Positions 8,811 through 18,309 of a DNA stretch of 20,000 nucleotides are shown piece after piece. The DNA is taken from NCBI GenBank assembly GCA_003707115.1, contig PPNB01000033.1, positions 47,880 through 67,879 of the forward strand. Direction: 5' to 3'. The notes beneath the pieces are model-generated. The model was not told the DNA's origin. It made no database searches and worked only from the letters and a program-made list of their open reading frames with translations. Both the position numbers and the translations under genes were made by a program. The stretch's first letter is position 1. The number at the start of each line of letters is the position of its first letter. The DNA comes from Tortispora ganteri. Taxonomy: Eukaryota.

Positions 8811-9688
8811 ATGAAAGTAAGTAAATTATCGCATCCCCCAAACCTTTGAAATAAGCACTAACAGTAATCCAGTACGTTGAGCTGCGCGATTTAGACATAA
8901 TCAATCAGGCACTGAGATTCGATGCCCCGGATTGCCGAGTCAAAGGAGGTTGTGATCTGTACACTACTAAATCAGCCGGTAACGATAAGAAACTGTATAA
9001 GGCTATCGATGAACATCTAGACAACCTACGCGATAATGATGTAGGCCAGCCGATTGTTTCTCCTCCTGGATCGCTCAACGAGTCGACAATGGATAGCTAC
9101 CTTCTGGGATCCAGCTTAACTTCTTTAAGCAGCCGCAGAGGAAGCCGATCCTCAGATTCCGGACCCGCGAGCAACGAACTTTCCGCTTCTGTTGGTTCCT
9201 CCCCATTTGGGCCCTTAGACCAAGTTTCGTCTCGGAGAACTTTCGCATATCTCATTGCTGTCCTGAATGCTTCGCATCCTGATCACGATTTTTCGACGCT
9301 TCGTCCTGTAGACTTCAAGCGCGAACGCAATGTTAGTCAAGTAATTAATGCATTCAATAATGCACTCTTTGGTCTGGGCATGCCTGTACCTCCGACTCTA
9401 TGGGACATCGTGGATGACCATATTGATCTGAAAGAATCCGCAATTTATTCATACCAGCCTTCAGCATCTTTTCTAGCAGATGAACCATCGACGTTATGGT
9501 CTATGATGTGGTTCTTCTTTAACAAGCGACGGAAACGTGTTGCATATATCTACTTAAAGACAGTTCGTTTACATTCTCCACTGTACGCAAAGCATCCGGA
9601 TGGAGATGACGCCAGTATTAGCGATGCAAGCGGGTACGAACTGAATAACTATGAAGATGGAGTGGTTGGTGATCTTGAAATGAATTGA
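8811..9688 (+). CDS. MAF1: RNA polymerase III repressor Maf1; exons 8811-8816 and 8873-9688, 273 aa
   Basis: Splicing gives MKYVELRDLDIINQALRFDAPDCRVKGGCDLYTTKSAGNDKKLYKAIDEHL (Maf1 box A). This is in frame with the track ORF 9089-9688, which carries SSRRTFAYLIAVLNASHPDHDFS (box B) and LWSMMWFFFNKRRKRV (box C). Confidence 0.96.
8817..8872 (+). other. Spliceosomal intron in MAF1 (56 nt, phase 0)
   Basis: Donor GTAAGT at 8817, branch point CACTAAC at 8856-8862 and acceptor CAG at 8870-8872. Removing it restores the conserved Maf1 N-terminus. Confidence 0.92.
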
Positions 9689-9815
9689 TCTGTGTATTTT
9701 TCTTGTATGAATATAATGTATTAATATTTTGCTCCGTTCTTTTCGTATATATATTAGTAGCTGAGGTCTTGAAATCCTCCAATGCAAGATATATCTCTTA
9801 TATATACTATAAATG

Positions 9816-12344
9816 TCATGATCGTACCACTTGACGTCGGGACCCTAAAGTGTACTTCATGAAATTTCTCGAGAGGTTCTTTTTCACGCTTAACTTTTGA
9901 GCGCCGATAAATGAATCAATAGCTACTTTAATAGCACGATCAATATCACCGGCTGAAACGTACTCCGACAGCCTCATACGTGCAAATGCCTCCGCACTTC
10001 TAAGAATCGATTCCAGATGCCTCACTGTAATTGGAAATGCACCAGTAGCCAATGACTCGCGTCGCATGTCTGCATATACTCGCGAAATTTTATCCTCGTC
10101 GATCTGCTGAAGCTTTGGCGTAACTCTAGTTCTCGCATAGTAGATATATTTCATTAGCAATTTCTGATCTATAGGAGAACGAGGCAGCGGTGCGGAGTGA
10201 TCAGTAGTATCTTCGTTATCCAAATCTTCTAGATTCTTCCTTGCCGGGTGTGATCGCTCATGAGAAGCGACAACGAAAGATGCCAAATTCTGATCTGCCG
10301 TCGGATTCGAAATATCCTTCACCACGCAAAGAATATCAAAACGAGACAGAATCGGTTCAGTCAAATCAACATTTTGTGAAAATGGGATTGTAGAATTGTA
10401 GTGTCCCATCTTAGGATTGGCCGCAGCAATAATACCGCAGCGCGCTTGTAATGTGGTGACAATACCTGCTTTCGATATAGAAATTGACTGTTGCTCCATG
10501 GCTTCGTGAATAGATGTGCGGTCTTGATCGTTCATTTTATCAAATTCATCAATTAAACACGTGCCCTGATCCGCTAGTACTAAAGCGCCACCTTCCAAGG
10601 TCCACTCATTGGAAGCAGGATCTTTTCTTACAGATGCAGTTAGACCCACAGCTGAAGCACCTTGCCCAGTGGCAAAAACTGAACGATATGCTGTCTTCTC
10701 AGCATACTTAAGGAATTGAGACTTTGCTGTTCCGGGGTCACCGAGAAGCAATACGTTTATATCTCCTCTAATCGAATGCTTTCCATTGACATTCTTTGAG
10801 ACACCACCAAAAAGAGAGCAAGCGATAGCAGTTTTGATATCTCTATGCCCATAAATAGACGGCGCTATAGATGATATAATTTTGTCAATGATATCCGGGT
10901 CCTTAGACAAGTTTTTAATTTCTTGCTCATCAGTAGCAGTGCAGGCAATTTTTTCAGATCGTCCTTCGCCACGTAGAATTAAGTTGGCTTCAATTGCAGT
11001 TGCAAATACTGGGAATCCATTCTTAGCATTCAGGTTTCCATCGTAGATATTCTTGTATATGCCAGTTATATCAAGCTCATCGCCTGGTTTAGCAGAGTCG
11101 ATGAGATCAGCCAGAAGAATTACTTCCCTATGTCGAGGCAATCTGCCTGCTGGAACACTTCCAGGGGATTCTTGAAATGTTATCTTCTGATAATTTGAAT
11201 ATACTGTTTGCTGAGTATTAACAAGGAACGGTCCGCGTGATTCACAAACGTGGCAAAATGACGGTTTAACTTCGTCGTGGTCAGAATCCTGAAAAAATGG
11301 CCCCAACACAGCATGACACTTCTGACAATCAAATTTAATGTATTGTAGTTGTGGAAATACGTTAGATCGACGTGTTACAACTCCGGACACGCGTATGAGA
11401 GTATTCAGTTGTGCTTCTCTGAGGTCACGGAGGCTGTAACTAACTGGCAAATCCGATACGCGGACATGAATTTGCGAATGTATGCGTTCATAATCAGGGT
11501 AGTAGAATTTGACAACATCCATTGCAACTTCATCAAAGATGCGTAAAATCTGGCTAGGAGCATCAACAAGAAAATATGCCAATACTGCTCTAGATTCAGC
11601 TAAATGGTTATATGAAATAACCAGCGATTCAGAATTCTCAGCTCCTAAGTCTGTAATACGTGCACCGTAAACTGATTGCCCATTTTCGTCAGTATATTCC
11701 AGCAGGAATCTATGAAACTGAGTAGAAATTCCACGAGCGACGGAGGGTACTGAAATCCATTCCGGGAGGTTGGTCGCTTTAACATCTGCCAATGCTTCTA
11801 AAGACATTTCTTCATTCTCTGCATCAAACTCCATATCTAAATCACTGTCATCTTCGTAAGCAGCTCGTCTTCGGCGCCGTGTTGTAGGCGGAGCTGCATC
11901 GTCGTCAAGCTCGTCAAACATTGTCAATCCCTGTCTGCGCATCATTACGCGGTCGCGAATATTTAGTACTTGATCAACTTCACGCCTTTCACGAGCACTC
12001 AATTCTCGATGTTCAGTGTTGTCATCAATATATCGCGCTGATAAATTGTAGTGGTCACGAGAATTATCTGAATTGTAATCCTTTTCGAAATCGTCCGCAA
12101 AAAGATCTTGACCGTCTCTCTCTTCAGCGCGCTCATCTTGCGCGTCTAAAGCGTCTAAGTCAGACAGTTCTTCAGAAATGATATCGTCTTCATATAAATC
12201 GTCATCAACAGCGGTATTCTCTACATTGTGCCTGTACTGTTCAGCGATCGTTGATGCATTATCAGCAGGGGATTCAGGAGGGGTACTCGCAATTCGGCTT
12301 CCGTCGCCCTCAGATGGTGATGCTGATCTTTTACGCGAGGACAT
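9816..12344 (-). CDS. MCM2: DNA replication licensing factor Mcm2
   Basis: 842 aa. Acidic N-terminal histone-binding region (DLFADDFEKDY...DHY), zinc finger CQKC...CHVC, Walker A GDPGTAKSQ, Walker B CLIDEFDKM and arginine finger SRFD. Confidence 0.98.
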   Translation of the reverse strand: MSSRKRSASPSEGDGSRIASTPPESPADNASTIAEQYRHNVENTAVDDDLYEDDIISEELSDLDALDAQDERAEERDGQDLFADDFEKDYNSDNSRDHYNLSARYIDDNTEHRELSARERREVDQVLNIRDRVMMRRQGLTMFDELDDDAAPPTTRRRRRAAYEDDSDLDMEFDAENEEMSLEALADVKATNLPEWISVPSVARGISTQFHRFLLEYTDENGQSVYGARITDLGAENSESLVISYNHLAESRAVLAYFLVDAPSQILRIFDEVAMDVVKFYYPDYERIHSQIHVRVSDLPVSYSLRDLREAQLNTLIRVSGVVTRRSNVFPQLQYIKFDCQKCHAVLGPFFQDSDHDEVKPSFCHVCESRGPFLVNTQQTVYSNYQKITFQESPGSVPAGRLPRHREVILLADLIDSAKPGDELDITGIYKNIYDGNLNAKNGFPVFATAIEANLILRGEGRSEKIACTATDEQEIKNLSKDPDIIDKIISSIAPSIYGHRDIKTAIACSLFGGVSKNVNGKHSIRGDINVLLLGDPGTAKSQFLKYAEKTAYRSVFATGQGASAVGLTASVRKDPASNEWTLEGGALVLADQGTCLIDEFDKMNDQDRTSIHEAMEQQSISISKAGIVTTLQARCGIIAAANPKMGHYNSTIPFSQNVDLTEPILSRFDILCVVKDISNPTADQNLASFVVASHERSHPARKNLEDLDNEDTTDHSAPLPRSPIDQKLLMKYIYYARTRVTPKLQQIDEDKISRVYADMRRESLATGAFPITVRHLESILRSAEAFARMRLSEYVSAGDIDRAIKVAIDSFIGAQKLSVKKNLSRNFMKYTLGSRRQVVRS

Positions 12345-12470
12345 TTACAATTGGCAAAAGCGAATGAAGGTCTTAGGAAATAATGCAAAGAAGAATTCGT
12401 ACTTTTCAGAATTAAAAAAAAGGTGAAAAGCGTAACAATGAAGGGGGTTAAATGAGAAATACCGTGCAGT

Positions 12471-12516
12471 ACGCGAGAGTTAAAACTCTAAACTTTCTTC
12501 TTTTTATTTCACGCGA
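12471..12516. promoter_or_regulatory. Two MCB-like ACGCGA elements in the MCM2/UBR7 divergent promoter
   Basis: ACGCGA at 12471-12476 and 12511-12516 in an AT-rich 190-bp intergenic region; a third copy lies at 12333-12338 inside the first codons of MCM2. Each is one mismatch from the canonical MCB ACGCGT. Confidence 0.5.
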
Positions 12517-12534
12517 CTTGCAGTTACCGTTACT

Positions 12535-13890
12535 ATGTCAAAAGACATCAGCGATATTAGTCTTCCAACTTTCGAGCCGATATTCAGCGAAACGGACATG
12601 GACAAAATTAAAGAGGATGGCGAAGTTACTGCACTGGAAGTATTAGAGGAACAATTAAGGCTTGAACGCGAAGCGCGAGAGGTCATGCCTTATGATCCAA
12701 AGGAGTGTACTCATACACTTGGAAGCATCAGGCAACTAGTATTCGCCTGTTTGACGTGTAATAGCACAGACAACACACGCGCTGGGGTCTGTTATTCATG
12801 CAGTATTCAATGCCATGCTGATCATGAAATTGTAGAGCTGTTCGGAAAGCGCGAATTTACCTGCGATTGTGGCACAGATAGGCTGCCTTCATTTGGGGGG
12901 TGTAACCTAAGGAAGAATTACACTGATTTGTCTATAGCATCTCGCGATAACAGATACAACCATAATTACGACGGTAGATTCTGCTCGTGCAATACGAAAT
13001 ACGATCCAGAAACAGATAATTCCGTATTCTATCAGTGCACGCTTGGTGACGCATGTGGCGAAGATTGGTATCATGAACACTGCTTGTTAGGAGACGAGGT
13101 TATCGTATCAGATTCTGATGTGACTAGCCAAGGGCTGCAGATCATTATTGAAGAAACAGAAATGCCTCTTGAATCAAGCCCTGATACTGCTACAGGTAAA
13201 AATGTGCTCCCGAAACTACAAGACCCGACCCGTACAGAAACGATAATCGACTCCACCAAAGAATCAATACAGCTCAAAACCTCAAATCACACTTTACCAG
13301 ATTCTGAAGATTTTGACTCTTTGATTTGTTGGAAATGTGTGGAAAAAAATCCCATACTTCGCAAATGGAATGGTCTCGCTGGCGTAGCGTATCCAGCACT
13401 GATTCGAAATGTCAACAATCAGTCTATAAAACGCAAATGTTCTGACGATTTAGATCTGGTTACTGTCAAGCGTACTAAATTGAATGAATATGGAATAAAT
13501 TTGAACCAAGCTGATAAGAACACATGCAAACTGCCTCAAAAAATCGAAGGTACCAATAGCGAAATGTCATTGTTACTGATGCATGGGTTTCGCAACCATG
13601 TTTGCCGGTGCGCAAACTGTTTATCATTCCTGGTGAGACATCCCGTGCTATTAGAAGAGGAAATAACTTACGAGCCGCCAGAAGATAATGATGAAAGCTC
13701 TGTCTACGAAGCAGGTATGCGAGCCCTTACAAACCTAACACATGTATCTGCAATGGAAACCTTAAATGCATATAACATGTTAAAAAGTCGCATCTCTGAT
13801 TTTCTGCTTCCTTTTGCCGAACAAGGGAAGGTAGTTACTGCTGAAGATATTACTCGATTCTTTGAATTAATTAAATCAGAACCGAGGTGA
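12535..13890 (+). CDS. UBR7: UBR7/Mlo2-family UBR-box and atypical PHD protein
   Basis: UBR box CTHTLGSIRQLVFACLTC...GVCYSCSIQCHADHEIVELFGKREFTCDCG, then NRYNHNYDGRFCSC. The PHD (QCTLGDACGEDWYHEHCL...ICWKC) is followed by CRCANC and a C-terminal FLLPFAEQGKVVTAEDITRFF. Confidence 0.93.
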   Translation: MSKDISDISLPTFEPIFSETDMDKIKEDGEVTALEVLEEQLRLEREAREVMPYDPKECTHTLGSIRQLVFACLTCNSTDNTRAGVCYSCSIQCHADHEIVELFGKREFTCDCGTDRLPSFGGCNLRKNYTDLSIASRDNRYNHNYDGRFCSCNTKYDPETDNSVFYQCTLGDACGEDWYHEHCLLGDEVIVSDSDVTSQGLQIIIEETEMPLESSPDTATGKNVLPKLQDPTRTETIIDSTKESIQLKTSNHTLPDSEDFDSLICWKCVEKNPILRKWNGLAGVAYPALIRNVNNQSIKRKCSDDLDLVTVKRTKLNEYGINLNQADKNTCKLPQKIEGTNSEMSLLLMHGFRNHVCRCANCLSFLVRHPVLLEEEITYEPPEDNDESSVYEAGMRALTNLTHVSAMETLNAYNMLKSRISDFLLPFAEQGKVVTAEDITRFFELIKSEPR

Positions 13891-13898
13891 TTCGATTA

Positions 13899-13997
13899 GC
13901 CGTCAATCGGCAGATATAGTATTCGGCAATATGAAGTGCAATTTTTAGTTATGCGATCGGTGATATTTCCTCATTGAGAAATGCCGCACGAGAGCGG
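13899..13997. promoter_or_regulatory. CGG/CCG triplet cluster upstream of the TTC36/HmgX gene (candidate Zn2Cys6 sites)
   Basis: GCCG-N5-CGGC (13899-13911), three TCGG-N2/3-ATAT copies (CGG at 13908, 13924, 13958) and CCGC-N6-GCGG (13984-13997). Confidence 0.4.
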
Positions 13998-14103
13998 AAC
14001 TTTAAATCGAACGGTTTTCTGAAGGGGAACTCCTGCTTTACATAATTCATTGTATTTAACGACTCTTCTTACGACATATCTTTGTGCAGAACGAAGATTT
14101 ACT

Positions 14104-14766
14104 ATGAGTGATAACTTTTCAAAACTATCAGACAGAGATATATCCGTTATTGATCAGGTGTTTGATCCTGAAGGAGGTGGAGGGATTAAGAGTGTGGTGG
14201 TCCCCGATATTGACGTATCGTTCGTCAACGAAGGCGTTAATATTGCAGAAGCTCGGGAAGCAGAAGAAGCTGCAGTAAGAGCAGCAGAATCGGGTGATAT
14301 TGATCGAGCATTGACTAATATCAACGAGCTACTTGAGAAGTATCCTAATTACGCCAGTGCATATAACAACAGAGCGCAGATCAGAAGAATGAAAGGTGAA
14401 GTCGACAAAGCTCTTATCGACCTATATGAATGCCTAAAACATGCTAGACCCGAAGTTTTAAAAGAAGCTCCCGAAACACAATACATACCAAGCGGATCTG
14501 TGCCTGCACGAATTCCCTCAAATCAAGTTCTGATACTGTCGCAAGCGCATGCACAGCTTGGTAGCATATATATGAGCAAAGCCTCTGACTTAAGCGAAGA
14601 CGAAGGATGGAGTCTGAAAGCCCAGGCTAGCAAGCACTTTGCAGCAAGTGGAGTGTATGGCAATGAAATTAGTCGAAAACTGGCTACAGCCATAAATCCA
14701 TATGCCCGACTCTGTGGCAGTATCGTAAAACAGGCGCTAGAGCAAGAGATATGCGGCGGCCAATAA
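14104..14766 (+). CDS. TTC36: TTC36-family TPR protein (HmgX-like accessory factor of HPD), 220 aa
   Basis: First ATG is at 14104; the track start at 14050 is TTG. Family hallmarks: LSDRDISVIDQVFDPE, EEAAVRAAESGDIDRAL, PNYASAYNNRAQIRRMKG, QAHAQLG and C-terminal INPYARLCGSIV. Confidence 0.9.
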   Translation: MSDNFSKLSDRDISVIDQVFDPEGGGGIKSVVVPDIDVSFVNEGVNIAEAREAEEAAVRAAESGDIDRALTNINELLEKYPNYASAYNNRAQIRRMKGEVDKALIDLYECLKHARPEVLKEAPETQYIPSGSVPARIPSNQVLILSQAHAQLGSIYMSKASDLSEDEGWSLKAQASKHFAASGVYGNEISRKLATAINPYARLCGSIVKQALEQEICGGQ

Positions 14767-14825
14767 GCTTATCGCGCCCAGCGACAACCTATCCATTGAT
14801 CTATTAATCAAAAAGTAGTATATTT

Positions 14826-15075
14826 CGGAAAGATCGGAATACAGCGGATGTAGTATAATCTATAGCTTAGAGCAAAAATTGAACCATTCACAGTCTTGAA
14901 ATATCACTGATCACGTATTAGGTCTTCTAGGAAGCCCCCGCATATTATGAGGATCGGCAGGACGAGTATAATCAAATTAAGGTTGCTTATTAGCACGAAT
15001 GCCGCCAAGAGCCGTACATACGGAAACGGGGAGAAAGATTCGGCTTCGCAATCATGCGGTTAGCAATTATATAAG
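14826..15075 (+). promoter_or_regulatory. HPD promoter: CGG/CCG arrays and TATA box
   Basis: CGGA direct repeats at 14826, 14835 and 14845; CCG-N7-CCG at 15002/15012; inverted repeat CCGTA-CA-TACGG at 15012-15023; further CGG at 15027, 15041 and 15057. TATATAAG at 15068-15075 lies about 70 bp before the ATG. Confidence 0.5.
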
Positions 15076-15135
15076 GGTTGTTTATTTTCTCTTCTTCATC
15101 ACTGCAACTTCTTGATTACAAAAGCATCTTTATAA

Positions 15136-16320
<1,185 letters not shown>

Positions 16321-16499
16321 ATAGTATTTAACATTGTAGTATGAATAGTCAATTTCTGAAATACAGGTATGAAGAACGAGAGTACAGTACGCAGTATATC
16401 TTGTAGTAATCTATAGGGTGGAGGTAGCGGTGGAGAAAATGGTGGGCGATGAGTAATTAGAGTATCCCCATTTCAGCGGTTTAAAATTCGATAAAAGTC

Positions 16500-17234
16500 A
16501 TGCAAAACGAGATTGTCATCTCGACAGGGAATGTGATTCGAGCTGGGGACGGCGCTCAAAGTGTTGACGAAGAGATCGAAGCCAGAGTAGCAAGGTATCT
16601 CGAGACAAACAAAAGCTTGAAGAGTAACGTCATACCGCCCGAAAACGAACCGTATTGTGTCTCCAAAGATGACAATGATGAGACAGATAGGTATAATACT
16701 GTGCTAAAAGTTATTGTTGCGGAGAAAGATAGTGAGCTCGAAAGCAGCAAAAGAGTTATCGAATGCATGAAGAAGGAGTTATCTGCATCTCTGAAAATTG
16801 ATACAGTTGTGATATCGCGAAGAGGTGGTGGTGGACACTTAAAGGAGCTAGCTGCGATACTGAGGTACTTGAGGGAAGAGAGAATTAATGGATGTGGTAT
16901 TGCTGATTATGGCGCTGAAGAGCTCGAAAGTGCAATGGAAAGCCTTAACGAAGATGATAGAAGAATGTTGGTTATAGACCAGGTTCGATGCGGAGGTTCG
17001 GAAGCTAAAGATCCAAGACTATTGCAGGTTTCGAAGAAATGGGGTATTAAATTGCTAGTTCATAATGATCCCAATTATCCAGTGTCAGAGAAAGGAAAAC
17101 AACATATTCTAGAGATGATTAATCTAAAAGGAGAAGATTATGAAATTGGATGGTGCGGCCTTATGACGGTTATCGACACTAAGAGAAATATAGTGTCCGG
17201 GCGAGGATGGTGTATTCAATTAGTATCCAGATAG
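16500..17234 (+). CDS. Divergent glutamate-cysteine ligase modifier (regulatory) subunit, aldo-keto-reductase fold
   Basis: IVISTGNVI at the N-terminus, YNTVLKVIV, GIADYGAEEL, IDQV, GIKLLVHNDP and C-terminal W...TVIDTKRNIVSGRGW follow the order of GCLM/S. pombe Gcs2 motifs, but are considerably diverged. Confidence 0.65.
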   Translation: MQNEIVISTGNVIRAGDGAQSVDEEIEARVARYLETNKSLKSNVIPPENEPYCVSKDDNDETDRYNTVLKVIVAEKDSELESSKRVIECMKKELSASLKIDTVVISRRGGGGHLKELAAILRYLREERINGCGIADYGAEELESAMESLNEDDRRMLVIDQVRCGGSEAKDPRLLQVSKKWGIKLLVHNDPNYPVSEKGKQHILEMINLKGEDYEIGWCGLMTVIDTKRNIVSGRGWCIQLVSR

Positions 17235-17243
17235 CTTAACTAG

Positions 17244-17900
17244 TTATCCGATCATGGATCTTTTCCTGCCTCTTAAGCGAACGTCTTTTAACCTTTTGAT
17301 GACTTGTTGTGCTGCATAATTTTGAAGAACGGAATCGATGTAAGTATCCGCGTGGACGGGATGCGTTGATCGAATAGCCCTTTCCAGCACGTACAAATCC
17401 ACAGCTTTATCTTCGACCAAGCTAGAATGCGAACCTAAGCCTAAATCAATAAGGTGTATTTTGTTATCAGGACTGATCATGATATTCGAAGTAGTTAGAT
17501 CACCATGTATGATATCCAGTGAGTGTAGATTGTTCAACAAGGACCCCAGCTGCTTTAAAACGACCAAAATGTCATTCAGCGATAAATTTTCTTCACTATC
17601 CCATATCCACTGTTTCAGAGTTTTACCAGAAATATATTCCATCCATATTATCCCATTAACGGAATCTATACAATATATTTTAGGTGCTTTTATGCCACTA
17701 AGGAACAATTTGTGCAAGATTCTTGCTTCAGCTAACGTTCGCTGTTTCAGTAACTTGTTATCTAAAGTCTCATGTCGATATTCTTTCTTAGGACGATATT
17801 TAACAATACAAGGAGTTTTAGGCCCTAAATATGGGTGTTCTTTACAATAATAAATTATCGCTTCTGCTCCTTGACTAATAACATCTCCGTCAATATTCAT
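17244..17900 (-). CDS. BUD32: Bud32/PRPK atypical kinase-ATPase of the EKC/KEOPS complex, 218 aa
   Basis: First ATG is at 17900; the track start at 17942 is GTG. Motifs ISQGAEA, KYRPKKEYRHETLD, RTLAEAR, IIHGDLTTSNIM, IDLGL, EDKAVDLYVLERA and terminal VRLRGRKRSMIG. Confidence 0.97.
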   Translation of the reverse strand: MNIDGDVISQGAEAIIYYCKEHPYLGPKTPCIVKYRPKKEYRHETLDNKLLKQRTLAEARILHKLFLSGIKAPKIYCIDSVNGIIWMEYISGKTLKQWIWDSEENLSLNDILVVLKQLGSLLNNLHSLDIIHGDLTTSNIMISPDNKIHLIDLGLGSHSSLVEDKAVDLYVLERAIRSTHPVHADTYIDSVLQNYAAQQVIKRLKDVRLRGRKRSMIG

Positions 17901-18309
17901 CTTGTCGAATGGGAATAACTGACATACACTTCGACTTAACACTTATATATACATGTATATGTATGTATTGTAAACCATCTTATTCGTAGATATTTGAAGA
18001 AATGATGAATGACTAAATAAACTCAGCTCACTCAGAAACAGAATGATTGAAGACTTATTTATAAAATATCAGTTCTGATCTTCAAAGTGAACATTTTAAT
18101 AATAACGATTTTTTTTTTGATAACTTTTCAAGCATAACCACTGTAGATGTTCACTCGTAAACACATTAATTATTTGACTAAATATATTAGCAGCTCTCAT
18201 ATAGAATCAATTGCAGGAATAAGTTGATCGATTTCGTCAATAAATAAGTGCTATATGTCTTTATTAAGCACTTTTTGCACTTCTTTTTCGTTTCATCGCT
18301 TTTCTCTTA

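Noticed and set aside
16446..16453. PAC-like GCGATGAG upstream of the GCLM-like gene
   Set aside because: Single copy, no accompanying RRPE, and the gene is not a ribosome biogenesis factor.
17947..17960. 14-bp perfect palindrome ATATACATGTATAT
   Set aside because: Low-complexity AT/purine-pyrimidine alternation next to a TATA-like element; expected by chance.
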